A DNA stretch of 64,000 bases. It comes from the human T2T-CHM13v2.0 reference genome, Homo sapiens. The notes beneath the pieces were generated by a model. That model saw nothing but the letters and a program-made list of their open reading frames with translations. It made no database searches and had not been told where the DNA came from. Made by a program: the position numbers and the translations under genes. How positions within the stretch are numbered: position 1 is the stretch's first letter; every line of letters starts with the position of its first letter. The DNA is taken from NCBI RefSeq assembly GCF_009914755.1, contig NC_060937.1; one strand, written 5' to 3'. Below, one piece after another: positions 42,501-58,673 of this stretch.

Positions 42501-44325
42501 ATAAGTACAAAATAAATGGAAAACTCTTCCATATTTATAAATTGAGTTGACTCAATAATATTCAAACATCCATTCTTCCTAAGCTAATGTATAGATTCAA
42601 TGCAATCCCTTTCAGAATTCTAACAGTATTTTTCTGAGTCTTGTAAAATGTGACTTTAAAGTTTATACAAAAATGCAAAGAACATAGAATACCAACACAA
42701 TTTTGAATAAAGAACGACATTGAAGGGCTTACACCATTTGATGTCACAACCTACTATATAATAATCAAGTCAATGCAGATCTGGGCTCAGGGTAGTTAGT
42801 ACACCAATGGAATAGATTAGAAACTCCAGAACTAGGCCGACACATATGCAGTCAATTCTTCATATGAAGTCAATTGATTCATTATCAAAGTGCCCCATTC
42901 AATGGTGAAAGAAAAGTCATTTCAATAAATGTTGCTGAAACAACTGAACATCTGCACAGAAAAAAATCGCCTTCTATTTTATTCCACACATAAAAATTAT
43001 GATAGACCTAAACACAATCCTCTAATCATACAACTTCTAGAAGAAAGTATAGGAGAATATCTTTGCAACTTTGGGGTAGGGAGAAATTGCTTGGATTGGA
43101 AGCAAAAAGCACTAAGCATATTTTAAAATTTGATAAATTCTATCAAACACCCCCAGACTCTAGGGGAAGCCACCTCCAGGTTCTTCTCTCCACCCCCTAC
43201 TCTGCATCATGTGAATTGCAGTAACTTATTCTCAAACGCTTTAAACACAGAGATCCTCTCAGCAGATGTGGGCCTGCCTATTGTCCCTGCCTACCATGGA
43301 GTGGGGTGAACAGGCACTTCCTACCAAGGGTAAGTCCAAAGCTCTGAGGGAGAGAAAGAGAGGAGCAGGAGAGAATGGAGAGGGAGAGACTATAAATTTG
43401 GAAAATACAAAAAAAGATGAAACTTTCATTAAAAAGATGCTATTATGAAAATGAATAGAAAAGCCACAGACTAAGAAAATTTTGGAGCATGCATCTGATG
43501 AAGGACTTGATTCCAGAATCTATAATAAACTATTACAAAGTGCCCTAAAGAGATGAACATTCCAGTTAAAAATGGGAAAAATGCTTGAGCAGATACTTCA
43601 CAAAAGGAATATATGAATGGCCCATAAACACAAAAAAAGGTAAGACATATAGTTACCAGGGAATGCAAATTAAAATCACAATAAGAAACCATTGCACACA
43701 TATTAGAATGGTTACAATAAAAAAAGACCAAGTGGTGAAGATGAAGAGTAACTAGTATGTAAAATGGTATAGGCACTGTGAAAAACTATGTTTATGAACT
43801 CAGCAATTCCAGTCTTAGGTATTTAAGAGAATGAATACATGTGTTCACAAAAAGACTTGTACAATAATGTTTATAGCAGTTTTATTCATAATCTCAAATC
43901 AGAAACAACATGCATGTCTATCAGCAGGAGAATGGGTAACTAAACTATGGTCTCTTTACACAATGGAATACTCCTCAGTAATGAAAAGAAATGAATTACT
44001 GAAACACAATATCATGGATGAACCTTAAAAACATTGTTAAGCAAAAACAGACCCCACTCATAAATACTGTTATGATTCCCATTTATATGAGATACAAAAT
44101 TAGACAAAATATTAATCTGTTGTGATAGAAAATATAAAGTGGTTTATGGAAGGTAGGTGCAGGAATTGACTGGAAGAGGAACACAGGATAACTTTCTGGG
44201 ATGTTGTAAATACTTTTGTTTCAGGTAGTTGATGTATAGGTATATACAATACTTAAAAGTTATCAAACAGAATACCTAAGATCTATGAAATTTACCTTTG
44301 GTTAATTAAACTTCAATTAGAAAAA
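39513..44325 (+). mobile_element. Old, internally deleted L1M (L1MD/L1ME-like): ORF1 relic about 39990-40390, ORF2 relic about 40700-44000, 3'UTR
   Basis: gatgcagcaaaagcatttgacaaaattcaa; ORF 43831-44028 resembles the ORF2 C-terminus; A-rich + strand. Confidence 0.85.
42185..42487 (+). mobile_element. AluSx
   Basis: Both arms, (aaaac)n tail. Confidence 0.96.
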
Positions 44326-44954
44326 GATATATGAAAAGGAAAAGAATCATCTCAATGGATGATCACATAGGGTATGGTAGGAAAGAAAGGAAAAACCATA
44401 GAAAATAGATGATATGGAAGAGAAAGATTATTGCAAGGGAAGAAAGGATAAGATGAAGTTTTAAAATTTAAATCTTATTTTCTAATTTTCTAGGTTTCAT
44501 TAAAATTGTAGTATGAATACATTTTCTGGAAATTCTAGTCCACAGGTTAACCACTGTCTCCTCCTCATCTTTCCTTTATTCGCTTTGATGGATGTAGCTC
44601 ACAGAACAGTGGTAGGGGTGCCAACTTCTGGGGCCAAATCTATTTCCAAATTCAAACACCAAAAATGTTTGTGAATTGAGACTGTTTTGTGATTCATCCA
44701 ACTTCAATTTTACCAATTCCATCAAGGGAAATATTAGTTCATTCTGGATGTAGGTTTGAGTTTCTGTTGGGGGCTAATTTACTCACAGAATGAATATACT
44801 TTGCTCCTTATCTTGCACATGCATAGTCTGCGATAATGTAAAGTTGTAGGATAGGAACTGAAGCCATAGCTGATTAAAAAAAAAAAAACAGATTGGTTCA
44901 TTATATAGCTCATTTAAACTTTAAAAGGGCAAATAAAAAATACTGTATCAGCTG

Positions 44955-45062
44955 AAGGAGATGGGGAGGAGAAGGATGAAGAGGAGGATGGAAGAAAAGG
45001 AAAAAGAAAGGGAGAAAGAAAAGAAAGAAGGAAGAGATGGAGAAAGGGAGGGAAACAAAAGA
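44955..45062. repeat. GA-rich low-complexity tract
   Basis: Almost pure purine run. Confidence 0.85.
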
Positions 45063-45097
45063 AGCCTCCTGGTAGGTGGATGGTGATGGAGTCCTTG

Positions 45098-45738
45098 TGT
45101 TCCCAGACCAAACTGAGGGTCAGGCTGCTATTTCTTGTGGCCCAATAATAAGATGCAGATGAACTGGGGAGGAAGACAGTTTTTATTTCTGCAACCGGTT
45201 ACAGGGAGAAGGCCTGGAAATTATCACCAGACCAACTCAAAATTACAAAGTTTTCCAGTTTTCTAACCTATATGTCTACATGTAAGCGTGCATTCATCTA
45301 AAGACATAAGTGATTAACTTCTTTTAATCTGTAACTAAAGTGTGAGTCCTGAAGACCTTCCTCTGGAGCTTCAGTAAATTTACTAAATCTAAATGGTCTC
45401 AGTTGCTGGGGTGATTAGCCTTATCTTGTCTCTTGCTAGATCATGAAGGTTTGGGAAGTTCCTTCAGACCCCCAGTAAACTTGTTTGTGGAGGCCTGGGA
45501 AGTTTCTTCAGGCCCCCAATAAAACTTGTTTAATCCTAAATGGGTCCTGTTAAGAATTCCTTCATTATTTTGTCATGCTTTAAGGCCCAGGAAAGGCCTA
45601 GGCAAAGTTCTTGGTGGGCTTTTGTTATATCCCAGGCTTTGTATAAGGGCTTTGACTTTCAATATTTAACTTAACCACTCGGTCAGTACGGAAACAGTTG
45701 TTACGGAGGCCTGTGTTAGTGAGACCTGGCCTGCCACA
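45098..45738 (-). mobile_element. PABL_A/B-like ERV1 solo LTR
   Basis: Reverse complement starts tgtggcaggccaggtctcactaac; TG..CA ends; 4-bp TSD cttg at 45094-45097 and 45739-45742. Confidence 0.85.
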
Positions 45739-45849
45739 CTTGAACTGACACGATGTCCTCTGGATCTTTACTGGACTCTTCAGATGAATGCCAAATCTGG
45801 GCTTATCTTGAATTGGTGACCTTTGGACACTGGTTCTACTTGGCTTTGT

Positions 45850-46310
45850 AGTGGTGTCACTCTGCAAAGCACGTTCTTCTTTTTTTAATAGGGGCACTAG
45901 AATAAGACTGGAAGGCAGGAGAAGGACTTACTCTTTCCTGCTTGTCTCGTGTCCTTGCCACAGTGCCCCAGGACTGGCCTCTAAACTGAGCAGTGGTAGG
46001 TAGTTCTGGTTGTGAGTTTCTTTCCACACTTCCAGAACCAGCCGTATCCACACCACTTCCCTGAGGTCAGGATCCTAGCTCCTGAGTTCCTCTCTGAGTT
46101 TCTAGTTCTAATCACTCCAGAGTTTCCCCTTTATTCTCCCAGCCCTATGGGGGCAGCTGCTTCCCACAGTTAATATCTTTGTGTGGCCTCTGTGTTTGTT
46201 CCCCCTTTGCCTTCTCAGATCTTTAATACCCATTCAGCCAACTCATCTCTGTTAATATCTCTCTGTTTTAACAATGGTATAGTTTATCTTCCTGACTTGA
46301 TCTGGCTGAA
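45850..46310 (+). mobile_element. LTR33-like ERVL fragment
   Basis: cccagccctatgggggcagctgcttccc motif. Confidence 0.55.
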
Positions 46311-46959
46311 AAGTTGCATATACGTAAAAGCGTTAGAGAAAATCACATTCATAGATTTGAAAATGTGAAAATCATTTTAATATAGTAAAGCTATAGATGA
46401 AATTTGATTTACCAGAGTTCCCTTTGGTGACAGCATTTTGGGGAAAGAAATATACTCTAAAGTCTATTTGGCGTGATAGGTTAAGTCCTGAAGCAAATTT
46501 TGATGCTGTAGTTTGCTGATAAACTTTATTTTAATAAAGATCACTGCTGTTGATGAGAAGTCATTTTGTTCGATGGTGACTCTGATGGATTTGCATGTGC
46601 ATGAGGAGAATAGTTCTGTATATCAGAGGAGGAAGAAGAGAGGAGTGGCCTTACTAAAGAGTCTCGGGAGGGAAGAGGAAGAAGGAGAAACACCTAGATG
46701 GCAACTGGGTGGCAAGTGACCTAGAAGCATAGAAACATCTAATGATAAATTTTGAGCTATTAGTTGAGGGATGTCTGTGTGACCTCCTTCCAAATTTTCT
46801 CAATGAAATTTCTAATGAAGTATATGTGGCCATCTATTGCTTGTGTTTCAGAGTACTATTTTGTGAGGAAACATCCAGAGCTAAACTCAACATCTAAATT
46901 TGCGGGGAGGCTGAAGTGGAGAAAATTGACAACTCAGTTGTTCTAGTCTAGAGCTCTGG

Positions 46960-47490
46960 CTGAAGCAATGGCCAATGCTTGGACTGTGGATTTAATGACA
47001 TAGTATTGATCCCAACTCTACCACTTATTAATTGTGTGGGTTGGGATATGTTGCCCAACCTCTGTGAGCCTCATTATTTTTTCTAATCTGTAAGATGGGA
47101 TAATAATAATAATACCAATTTCATATGGTAGCTGTGTCACATAAAAGAAATGCATGTACCATAAAGTGCTTGTTATAGTGCCTGACATATAATAAGTGCT
47201 CAAAAATATTATTCTGTATATATTATTTTGAGCCCAACTTAAATGTCATTTCTTCAGTAAAGCCTTCTGTCACCTCCCTTCCCCAGTCTCTGATCAGAAT
47301 ACTTGAGCCTTTGATTCATTCACTGTCTATTACAGATCTTTGTCACACTAAATTATAATTGCTGTTTATCTAACTGTTTTTCCTAAAGACCCTGAGCCTC
47401 CTGTGGTCAAAATTCATGTATTTGTTTCCTTAACACCTACAATTAGTTCCTGTAATATAATGGAAAGGCTAAAGACTGTTTAGTGAATGG
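46960..47490 (+). mobile_element. MIR (about 46960-47210) followed by an L2 3' fragment
   Basis: aacctctgtgagcctca...gtgcctgacatataataagtgctcaa; cttaaatgtcatttcttcagtaaagccttc. Confidence 0.7.
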
Positions 47491-47841
47491 GTGAATTTTG
47501 AAGATTTGTTTTCTAGGAAAGTTTCTGAAAAAATAACCTTTACATAGTCAAAGACTTGTTGGTGACATCACACAGAAAGTAAGGAACCTCTTCTCCTTTA
47601 GTGAGGAGTAGCATGGATGTGCTCCACTGCTTTACATTCCCTCCCAAATTCAGGGTAAGATGAGGAAATCTGGGAAGCTTCACGAAGCATGTGGCTATTG
47701 AAATAATTGCTACAAGATGAGAACTCTGATATCAGCATGGATACACATGGAATTCCAGGCAGTGACAACATTTAAGGCATGGAAAGGTAAAATTAGATGA
47801 GGCAGGTTGAAGATTGATAAATAAATGGCTGTGATGGGATG

Positions 47842-48194
47842 TGATATGGTTTGGCTCTGTGTCCCCACCCAAATCTCACATTGAGTTGTAATAATCAATG
47901 TCAAGGGTGGACCAGGTTGAAGTAATTGAATCATCGGGGCAGTTTCCCCCATGCTGTTCTTGTGATAGTGAGTGAGTTCTCACAATATCTGATGGTTTTA
48001 TAAACGCCTGGCATTTCCCCTGCTGGCACTCATTCTCTCTCCTGCCGTGCTGTGAAAAGGTGCCTTCTGCCATGATTGTAAGTTTCCTGTGGCCTCCCTA
48101 GCCATGTGGAACTGTGAGTCAATTAAACTTCTTTTGTTATAAATTACCCATTCATGGGTATTTCTTCACAGAACTGTGAGAACAGACTAATACA
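47842..48194 (+). mobile_element. THE1D/MSTA solo LTR inserted in an antisense L2
   Basis: tgatatggtttggctctgtgtccccacccaaatctca ... gagaacagactaataca. Confidence 0.93.
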
Positions 48195-49216
48195 GAGTGA
48201 CAGTGCGGAAGTGTCATTATCATGGAAGATAGTGCTAGGAGTATAAGGAGGCACCATATTCTCGAAAATTTTGAATGCCCATCCAAGATGTTTGAATTTT
48301 ATTTTCCATGTTTCAGGGAGTTGCTGATTGCTTTTCAACAGGTCCATGCCATGTTATGAAGTGTTTCAAAAAGACCATGTTGGGAGCAGTGTGTGGAATT
48401 GATCAGAAAATGGACAGAAAGAAAGGAGTTCATTCTCTGCCACAGGGGATAAGGAAGGAGGGCAGGAGCTGAAGCAGTAGCAAGGAGAGTGGAAAGGCCA
48501 GGGTGCATGCCTTCAAAACTAAAGAGGTTGAGATGGCAGGATGTGGAGGGGTTACAGAGAGGTACAAAGTGAAGATGACAGATTTTGGGTATGAGAAACT
48601 GGGAGGAGGATGGCACTTTGAGTAATAATAGGGAACACAGAAGGAAAAATAAAGAAGAGAGTAGCTTTTCCTTCAGATATATTGCTCTTGTGCCATCAGT
48701 CATATACATACATGGTGCAGTCTTGCAAATTGTGGAAATGATTGAGTGTTAATCTGGCCATTTCACTTGGAGAACATGTACACTGAGGGTTGAAACTGTG
48801 AGAATGGGTGACTGAAAATGGTGATGTTGGAACTTTTGTAAATAAAATCGAAAGTTTTTTAATTAGATGAGAAAGCATGGAGAAATTTCTTGGGAAGAAT
48901 TATTTCTGGATGACATCATCAGTGGGTTTTTTTTCCTGTAAGATGGAAGGAAAGGTTGGTTGGCTCAATTTCCTGTGCATATTGAGACATAGTTTTCATT
49001 TTTCTATCCTGTCCATGCAATAAAAGTTTTCATTAAGTAGCACTACTATCATCTTGATATTAAGTAGGAGAGAAGAGAAAGATACTTGTATTTGTTTTGG
49101 GATTTGAGAGAGAAAAAAGATATTGTAGAAAAACTGGGATTGGAGGGAATGTCTTAGAGGATGAGCCAGAACTACCTCTAAGTATTTATCAAAATAACTG
49201 TCAAACATAATTCTTT

Positions 49217-51320
<2,104 letters not shown>

Positions 51321-51627
51321 TCACTGAACCATACTGTTTTCTCCAGGCAAACAATGAGTAAAAATTTGTCATTGTTTTCACTGTTGATGCTGATCCACAG
51401 GAGATACTTTGCATGACATTAGCAAGTCCCTGAGTATTTGTATTGGTTTCTTGATTCTTCCACACTCATTGATGTTTTCAAAGCCTGAAGTGCTGGAAGA
51501 CAGTTGAACAGCTGTTGTCTTCAAAATAATCTTACTGTTGTTCCTTTCACTCTGAGCTCTTGATTTCCTCACATGAATGTTTAAAAGGAAAGAGGTTCCC
51601 TTTCCTTCATAATTAAAAATTAGTAGG

Positions 51628-52159
51628 TATGACAGATACAACCTAAGGTGGCCTCCAATGAGTCATGCTTTTGTATAATTCCCTCCCCTTGAGTACAGAT
51701 GGAACCTGTGACCTGCTTTTTAACCAATAGGATATGGCAAAGGTGATAGGAGGTCACTCCCATAATTATGTGATATTATGTAAAACTCCACCTAAAGCAG
51801 GCTGGAGAACACTTCCTTTGCTGGCCTTGAAGAAGCAAATAGCCATTGTGTGAACTGCCTAAGAGGAGGACCACATTTCAGGGAACTGCAGCTGGCCTCC
51901 AGGAGCTAAGGGCCTCAGTCCTACAACCACAAGTAACTGAACCCTTCCAACAAACACAGAAGCCTGGAAGAACAATCAAAAGTTTCAGATGGGAATGTAG
52001 CCTGGCTGGCAATTTGATTGTAGCCTTGGAAGACCAGAGGAGAGGATCCAGTTAAGCCATGCCTGGATTCTCAACATACAGAAATTGTGAGATAAAACAT
52101 GTGTTGTTTAAAGCTGCTAGGTCTATGGTGATTTGTTATGCAGCAATTGAACTAATGCA
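51628..52159 (+). mobile_element. MLT1E/F MaLR LTR
   Basis: ccctccccttgagt...aaccaataggatatggcaaaggtgat; ends atttgttatgcagcaattgaactaatgca. Confidence 0.85.
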
Positions 52160-53184
52160 GTAGGAAAAGTACTGGTTTAGTGGTCAAGGCCCCCAGGTAA
52201 AATCCTCCAGTGTGTAACCAACTAGAGAATGAATCTGAAATATTTCTGTTATTTTAAAAAATAACTGAAGTGTCCCATAGCTTATCACTTCAATCAACAT
52301 TACATGGGGAACAATGAGTTGCTTCTGGTTGTACCTGCCCTACCATGAGAGATGGGCGACTCATTGAAAGGAAACAAAAAGGTAGATGGGTCCTCTTCTT
52401 CTGTGTGTGTCTGATATTCTTGGCTGGCCTGAGATTCAACATGCATTTCCCCAGGCCTTCTCACATTCTGTTTCCAATAATGGGATCTTTTTATTTAGTG
52501 CCTGCAGATAGAGTAGCATTAAATGAGGAAGGGCATCAGTCCCTCCTTCAACTCTTTTTCACCTTTCCCTCCATTTCTTTTAATTTCTCAGAACTTTAAC
52601 ATGCTTGGTTGTTGTATTCTAAGAACAGTCAGTGCTAATTGGTGGAATAAACATTAACTGCAGAACAGAAGCTCCGCTACTCATGAACATTCATTATATC
52701 TAATTATAGTGATGATCATAAAGCTATGGGCCAGGACCAAAGCAGGTCACCTCTACCACCACTAACAGATGTCATTGGTTGCTTGGGAAGTGTCACTATG
52801 GAGCTGGGAATAAATGGCCTCATAAACCTTCTGATTTGCCTGTTGGATTTAACTTCTTTTGGAGGTTGAGGGCATTAGCATTATCATCTTTATTTTGCAG
52901 GTGAAGTTCTGAGGCCAAGAAAGGGTAGCTGATTTCTCCACTGGTGGTGAGTCCAACCCCTTCTTCCTCCACTAACTGTATTTGATTTAAGTAAACCATG
53001 TACTCCTGCTGGGTTTGTTGCTTTATCGGCTAAGTGAACATAAGCAACTTTACTTGTGAGAGATGAGGAGATTTGGCCAGATGTTCTGTTGGCTCTTTCA
53101 AAGATGTAAGATCTACAGTTCTAAATTGGAATCAACTACAGTTTCTCCAGTGGCTGAAAACTTCCAAAGAGTACCTAAAATAGA

Positions 53185-54133
53185 ATCATGTACATAAATA
53201 ATTCTTAACATTTAATAGCTAAAATCAATAACTGAACAACAAAAAACACAATCCAATTAGAAAAATGAACAAGAAAACAGGAAAACCATTTCACCAAAGA
53301 GGATGTACAAATGCAAATCGGCTGAAAAATGCTCACTGTCATTAGCCACCAGAGAAATGCAAATTATAACCACAACGAGATATCATTACATGCCTGTAAG
53401 AATGAATAAAATGAAAAAAAAAAAAAAGGACACCACCAAATGCTGGCAAAGGATGTGTAGAAACTGGATCACTCACACATTGCTGGTGGAAACTAAAAGT
53501 GGTACAACCACTCTACTCTGGTAAACACTTTGGCAGTTTCTTGTAAACCAAACATTCAACTACCATACAATTGAGTATCAGCAATAGTATTTTTGAGCAT
53601 TCGCTGTAGAAAAAAATCACTCAGCAATGGAACAACGTATTGAAACATACAACCAGTTGGATCAGTCTTGATGGAATTATGCCAGTAAAGCCAATCCCAA
53701 AATGTTACATATTGTATAATTCCATTTATATAACATTCTTTAAATGATAAAATTACAGCAATGGCGGAAAGATTAGTGGTGGGAAAAAGTGGGGGTTAGG
53801 TGGGTGTGGTTTTAAAAGAGCAATACAATGGATCCCTCTGGTGATGGAACTGTTCTGTATCTTGACCAAGGTGGTGGCTCTGTGAGCCTACATTTGTGAT
53901 AAAATTGTATAGAACTTGACACACATACATATACCCAATTGAGTCCAAAGAAAACTGTGAAAATCTGAGTAAGACTAGTAGTGTTAATTTCAATATCCTG
54001 GTTATGATATTGTATGTATTGTAGTTGTTGCAAGATCTTACCATTGATGAAAGCTGGGTACAGGGTACACAAAACTTCTTTGTATTATTTTCACAATTGC
54101 ATGCAAATCTACACTTATAGGTTTAATTTAAAA
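53185..54133 (+). mobile_element. L1MD-like 3' portion
   Basis: ORF 53303-53524 resembles the ORF2 C-terminus; caatatcctggttatgatattgta...gcatgcaaatctac. Confidence 0.85.
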
Positions 54134-56149
54134 GACTTAGAGTTATATGAAACCATTGGGAAAAAGTGAAAGCATTAACAGACATTTAGTAAGCACTTAC
54201 TATATGTCTCTGTGTTAACCATTGCCTCTATCCTAAGGATCTTTTCAGTTTGGTGATATAATCATGGAACTGTCAAAGAATTTTATAAAATAACATAGTG
54301 CTTCTAGGTAATGTCCTCTGACCAACTTGGCCAATTTGGACAATTGGAAGGAATAAATATTCCTTCGTTGTCCTCAGTTAATATAAAAATGACAAATACT
54401 GGCTCAAATAATCTTTTGACATTTTATTGATGGCATAACTCACTGAGCACCAGGGGAAAATAAGATGGAGAATACTTCAATCTAATTAAAAAATTGACAT
54501 CCTTAACAAAAAGTAGAAGAAAAATCCTTTTATAGTGCAGTATTCCACCCCTCATATTTTCAACCTGTGACTGTACCAAACCACATCTTATGATAGAGGG
54601 TGAAGGGCATATCTGAGAGACAGAAGCAGGCTTCACTGTCACCTTTGCTAGGAACTGGAACTGCTGGTTCTGGGAGGTCACTTGACCTTTTAAGCAACTT
54701 GATACATACACATTAAGATTTATGGAGATCCTAACAACAACAACAACATGTAGTTCTGTCTTCAGAAGTAGCATTTGATGAACACTTCATTTTGGATTGC
54801 TGAAAAATGCCTTTAGAGTTTACATTTTTTCTTCTATTAGATGCTAATTAAATGTGCTAAACAAACTTCTGAAATGATCATTTCAATCTGATGATTAATA
54901 GAAGCATTCCTTTGTGCCAATATGTTATTCTCTGTTCAAAGAACTATGCTATTATTAACTACATCTAACACAATTTAGAGTCAACATTTGCTGAAAACAA
55001 ATATAATTGTCATGTACTTCGTGCTGCTTCACACTTTGCATAATAGTTGTCAAGATGGGAACATATTTCTCCTGAGAACAAACTTGCTCTGCACTTCATT
55101 TTCCTAGTGATTTTATCTTGAGAGATTTCTAAGGGTGGTTATCATGTGACTGTGGTAGCAACAGGTATTGATGTTAAGGGCTTGGGCTTAGCTGTCAGCC
55201 TCCACCATTGTATGTCATGCATTGGATAACTTAAGGAGTATTTTATTGCTTTTCTTAAAAAATGATCTGTGAAAATTAGTTTGAGAGTTGATATGCACAG
55301 GTACAGTGCTTTCGAGGCTGTGTGTGCCCTCTCCACACAGTCTCATTTTTCATATCCAGCAAAATCAAGAATGATGACATTGTTGGCATCCACAGAGCAT
55401 GTTATATTCAGAAATCCCAAATCGCTTTCTTATCTGACCTTGTACAAAGCAGAATTTGGCACTGTTATGGCGCTTCTTTTGGACTGTCATGTCTCTAATC
55501 ACTTTTTCTTATTTATATTTTGTTGTTTTTGTTGGGTTCTCTTTTTATGTGTATTATTAAAGGTCAATGCTCCCTGGGTCCTTTATCTCCCACCACTTAA
55601 AACCTAGGGAATGGAATTTCTAGGATGGAACATATCTTGATGATTTTATTTGGATAATGAGGATGTGGGATGTTGAGGGTTAAATGAGGAATGCAGCTCA
55701 AAGTGCTGCTGATGTTTATAACTCAGACATTTTTGCCTCTCGCAAAAGGTTGAATCCTAAGGTTGAATCCTGGGATGGATTGGCTTTGAGCCAGGTTCTA
55801 GCAATTCATGCACCTTTCTTATTCATTTTCACTCTTTTCCCTGGGGTTAAGCTATTAAACATGGTGGCACTTATTTTTTTCCTGGCTTGATGCCTGGGGT
55901 TTTTTTCTGGAAGAGAAATTATCTCTTTATCCAGTCATTTCTTGCTTTTAGGTCAGGGACTTTGACAACCGGCACCCAGGAGCCTTTTTTGACTGCCAAC
56001 TAATCAAAAAAGTCAGTGCTGGGGAAGGGGGCTGCCCCCTATCCCTGCTCCCTCTCTGTGTCCCACTTTGAATTGAGTGTCTGCTAGGTGTTGAAAGACA
56101 TTATGGAAATATACGGCCTGACAAAGGAAGTAGATGGCCAGGAAGTAAA

Positions 56150-57050
56150 TTTGGGAATGTTCAGTTATTTGGTTAATCAAATGAGCAACAGAACATTAAA
56201 AGCCCCAAGCAGGTGAAAGCACCTATGAATCAGAGCTGGGGAAGTTAAATTGCTTCTGTTTCTCTGAAGAAGAAGAATGAAAGGAGTTCAAAACCCCATC
56301 TTTTGTAGTGCAGAGCCAAGAACTAAAGCAATACTGCACAGAACAAATGAGACAGAAAAGGCATGGAACAAAAAGACACAGATTGTAAGTTCATGGTTTG
56401 CAGAAAAAAGATAAGGGGAAGAGAAACCAGAATAAATTGCAACTTGTCAAAGAGAAAGAGCAAACCAAGAAAGGAATTCATATTTAGAAAGTTTCCAGGG
56501 AAAAGAGCTGCTGAGAAGCAACATTTACAAATGAGAAGATGGATGAGACTATGGGGGTTAGATATCAAATTAATTTGTAAGTCAGGAAAGCATAAGGACT
56601 TATAAAATATGTATTGATAGAGTACAAAAGGACTCCCTTGGAAGCATCTGGCACTTATTTATTAGATCAAAATGACGTAAATCCAAGGATGCTGAAAAAA
56701 TGAAAGAAACACAGTCTTTGAGTTCAAATTGACAAAAATCATTTTTTAACTAGCCTGTATGCACAGGCAATTTCAGAACAATGGGGAACAGCAGGTAAAA
56801 AGTGTTACAGGAAGAAAAGCAGCCTTGAGGACATATCACTTATATATTTAAATAAGGTTAACAGGCCAAACCTTCAAATGATAGAAAAAAGTTCAGCACT
56901 GATGAGCTGATCAGGACAAACTAAGTTATGAATATAGCATCTTCATAATGTGCAAAGAAAATCTCGTATATTTTATCTTCATGGAATTATAAAATCTTTT
57001 GTTCAAATAGTGACTCTGAGTAGGAACAGCTAAATTTAACATGATAATGT
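56150..57050 (+). mobile_element. Ancient CR1/L3 LINE relic
   Basis: ORF 56363-56605 (CRKKIRGRETRINCNLSKRKSKPRKEF) resembles CR1 ORF2 CRxKIRKAKAQxELxLA...NKKGF; atccaaggatgctgaaa encodes the CR1-like PR(V/M)LK motif. Confidence 0.5.
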
Positions 57051-57224
57051 TTAGTCTTATTCATCAAATTAGTATATATTTTCCTGGCCTTGTCCAGACT
57101 CTGAAAAGTAGACAATGAACTGAGTGCAAGCACATGATAAGAGTGTCTAACTCTCTTGTGGGAAGAAGTAGTTGTCACATTGATGAATTTCAGGTCTGTT
57201 CTTAGTAATTTCATTAATAATCTG

Positions 57225-57450
57225 GACAAAATAGAGTATGAGTTTTGGACAGACCTGAACTTTTAGTGCAAGCATGGGCCCTGACTAAGCTTGGGGAAGT
57301 TATATAATGTCTCTGAGTCAGTCTCTTCATTATAAAGTAGAGATAACGATAGCTACCTGATAACACAGGCCGCCATGAAATGTTACAAATATAACAGAAG
57401 AACGTCAGTAAAATGCCTAATACAATGGGCACTCCATGTGCACGCACACT
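57225..57450 (+). mobile_element. MIR
   Basis: cttggggaagttatataatgtctctgagtcagtctcttcattataaagtagagataa. Confidence 0.65.
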
Positions 57451-57723
57451 TCCTCTTCTAGCTGTTCTTCTGGGCTTGGCCTGCCTTGCTGGGTGTGTCA
57501 CTTTGTCTTTCTGTGTATTATTACTTCTCTTTATACAGGCTGTCATGTCTTTGTCCATTGTCATCCCCAGCTGCTTCTCTGCTCCACCTACACTGCCTAG
57601 AATATTAGTACAGTTCACTGCTCTTATATATGCATTTTTGCATATTCTTCAGGGTTAGTTTTATAACTGCCTGTCATTGAGCACCTCTGAAATGCATTAA
57701 GGAGTTGAGATTTGATATTAAGG

Positions 57724-57902
57724 CAGTGGTTCTCAACCCTGGCTGCACATCAGAATCAGCTGGGAGCTTTACAAAAATCCTGAAGCCCAGGCTGTACTCC
57801 AGACCAATTATATGAGACTCTCAGGGTGTCAGCCCCAGGCGTCAGGATTCTTTTACAACTCTCTGGGTGATTTCAACATACAGTTAAGGTTGAGACTTAC
57901 TG
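57724..57902. mobile_element. MER5A hAT MITE
   Basis: cagtggttctcaaccctggctgcacatcagaatca ... ggttgagacttactg. Confidence 0.88.
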
Positions 57903-58673
57903 TTCTAGTATGTTAGTGAGGTACTCTATGTGGATGCCATCTGCAAAATTAATGTGAATGCCTTTCATTTCATTATTGATTTGATTATGGGTCAAGATAG
58001 TATCTGGGTTTGTGCCAACCCTAGTTGGGAAATCGTGGGCCCAAACCCTGCCCCCAAACATTGATTCTGCTCCACTCTTATCCCCCTACCATGCTAACAT
58101 AAAAGGAAAATCACTTTTATAATGCAAAAAATAAGAGAGAATCTAGTATCATTTCTTCATTTTAGAGCTGAGGAAACTGAAGCACAAAGAGGAGGAGCAA
58201 CCTACCTCAAACCCCAAGTTGTTGTTGGAGCCAATATGCAAATGCAAGTGTTTTTATTTGGCATCCAGGGAGAAATTGTACATTGTCTAGGCGTGTTTTG
58301 ATTTGTAACAGAGTAAGCGCTGTCTTTTATAATTTAAAACTTTGTAGATTGATAATTACAGAGGTTTGCATTCAATGGTAGGTTGTATGTATAGATGTTT
58401 AATGGACATATTAATAAATGAAAGAATCCAGAATTAAGTCACTGAATTAATTTCAACAGCAACAAAAGATGTGAGTGAGTTTTCCACTGTCTTTCCAAAG
58501 ACAATGGAATTAAATTCCAATGGAATTAAAACAGATGAAGTTGGGCCCTGGGACCTGGTATTAGTAGCAGAAGAGAGGACTTTGGCTTGCCATTTTTGCT
58601 TCTGAAAATAAGAAAGACCACTCAGCTTATCTACATTTTTTTGCAGGGAGTACCACTCAAAACTCAAACTCTC

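Noticed and set aside
45448-45531. About 44-bp-period duplication
   Set aside because: Internal to the PABL-like LTR and probably part of the family consensus
55746-55771. Perfect 13-bp tandem duplication aaggttgaatcct
   Set aside because: Common slippage event; the similar 13-bp repeat at 1577-1607 and 16-bp repeat at 11252-11308 are equally unremarkable
55984-56012. Hairpin cttttttga...tcaaaaaag
   Set aside because: Short low-complexity A/T stem, likely chance
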